Translations under genes and position numbers: made by a program | Notes under the pieces: generated by a model | The model's input: only the letters and a program-made list of their open reading frames with translations | The model's database searches: none | What the model was told of the DNA's origin: nothing | Shown here: positions 39,330-39,735 of the stretch, piece by piece | Position numbering within the stretch: the stretch's first letter is position 1 | Layout of the letters: each line of letters begins with the position of its first letter | DNA from: Escherichia phage AV103 | DNA length: 39,735 bases | Sequence record: OR352934.1 | Reading direction: 5' to 3' (one strand)

Positions 39330-39479
39330 CTAATCGCTACAAGTGAGTATAGAGCAAACGGTAGACTCCAGTGAACCGAGGTCTCCAGTAAGCGATGCGT
39401 ACCCAAGGGCAGCACAAAGTACCATAAGAAAGCGGTAGGTGACTCTATGCCGCAATAGGTTCAACAATAAGCGGAACAT
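39330..39479 (-). CDS. 19.5: Gene 19.5 small protein, 49 aa
   Basis: SD GGGAGGAGACTA-ATG; MFRLLLNLLRHRVTYRFLMVLCAALGYASLTGDLGSLESTVCSILTCSD. Confidence 0.7.
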   Translation of the reverse strand: MFRLLLNLLRHRVTYRFLMVLCAALGYASLTGDLGSLESTVCSILTCSD

Positions 39480-39633
39480 TAGTCTCCTCCCTTTATGTTG
39501 GTCTTTAAGTTAAGGTGATATTAATACAATATAATCACCATTCTTAGAGGTCACTTTAGGTACACTACTATGCATACTTTATGCACTCTATAAGTATTCA
39601 TTCAGTATCTATATAGTAACCTTTCGTCCCTCC

Positions 39634-39656
39634 TCTCCCTATAGTGAGTCGTATTG
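39634..39656 (-). promoter_or_regulatory. T7 RNAP promoter (phiOR, right-end promoter)
   Basis: Reverse complement CAATACGACTCACTATAGGGAGAGGA between gene 19 and gene 19.5. Confidence 0.85.
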
Positions 39657-39735
39657 ATTTCTCTTTATATTCAATAACTTAAAAATCGACCTTCCGTGGT
39701 CTCTAATGAATCCCTATGCAATCCTAGTGCATAAA

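Overview
The window is an essentially complete T7-like podophage genome (Teseptimavirus-type), shown as the reverse complement of the canonical T7 map, so almost every gene is on the minus strand. It is circularly permuted: position 1 is the stop codon of the large terminase (gene 19), and the physical genome end (TCTCACAGTGTACGG) lies at about 39090 with one collapsed terminal-repeat copy. In map order (high to low coordinate) I can place the terminal repeat and CCTAAAG-type repeat arrays, host promoters A1-A3, an early region (SAMase, Ocr, small 0.4/0.5/0.6-like ORFs, 0.7 kinase), T7 RNA polymerase, 17 T7-type promoters, the DNA-metabolism block (ligase, gp2, SSB, endonuclease I, lysozyme, primase-helicase, DNA polymerase, exonuclease), and the structural/lysis/packaging block. 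Assignments rest on ORF lengths, synteny and motifs read from the sequence plus my recall of the T7 gene map and proteins; no database search was run. The most notable features are: (1) the DNA polymerase gene is split by a 600-bp intervening sequence carrying an HNH endonuclease ORF, with boundaries typical of a group I intron; (2) a T3-type SAM hydrolase and a T7-type Ocr sit in tandem, each behind a near-identical leader; (3) a second HNH/endonuclease VII-like gene abuts the polymerase start; (4) T7 genes 2.8, 3.8, 5.3 and 7.7 are absent from their usual positions; (5) a 12-nt homopolymer replaces the CCCCCATAGGGGG palindrome in the terminal repeat.
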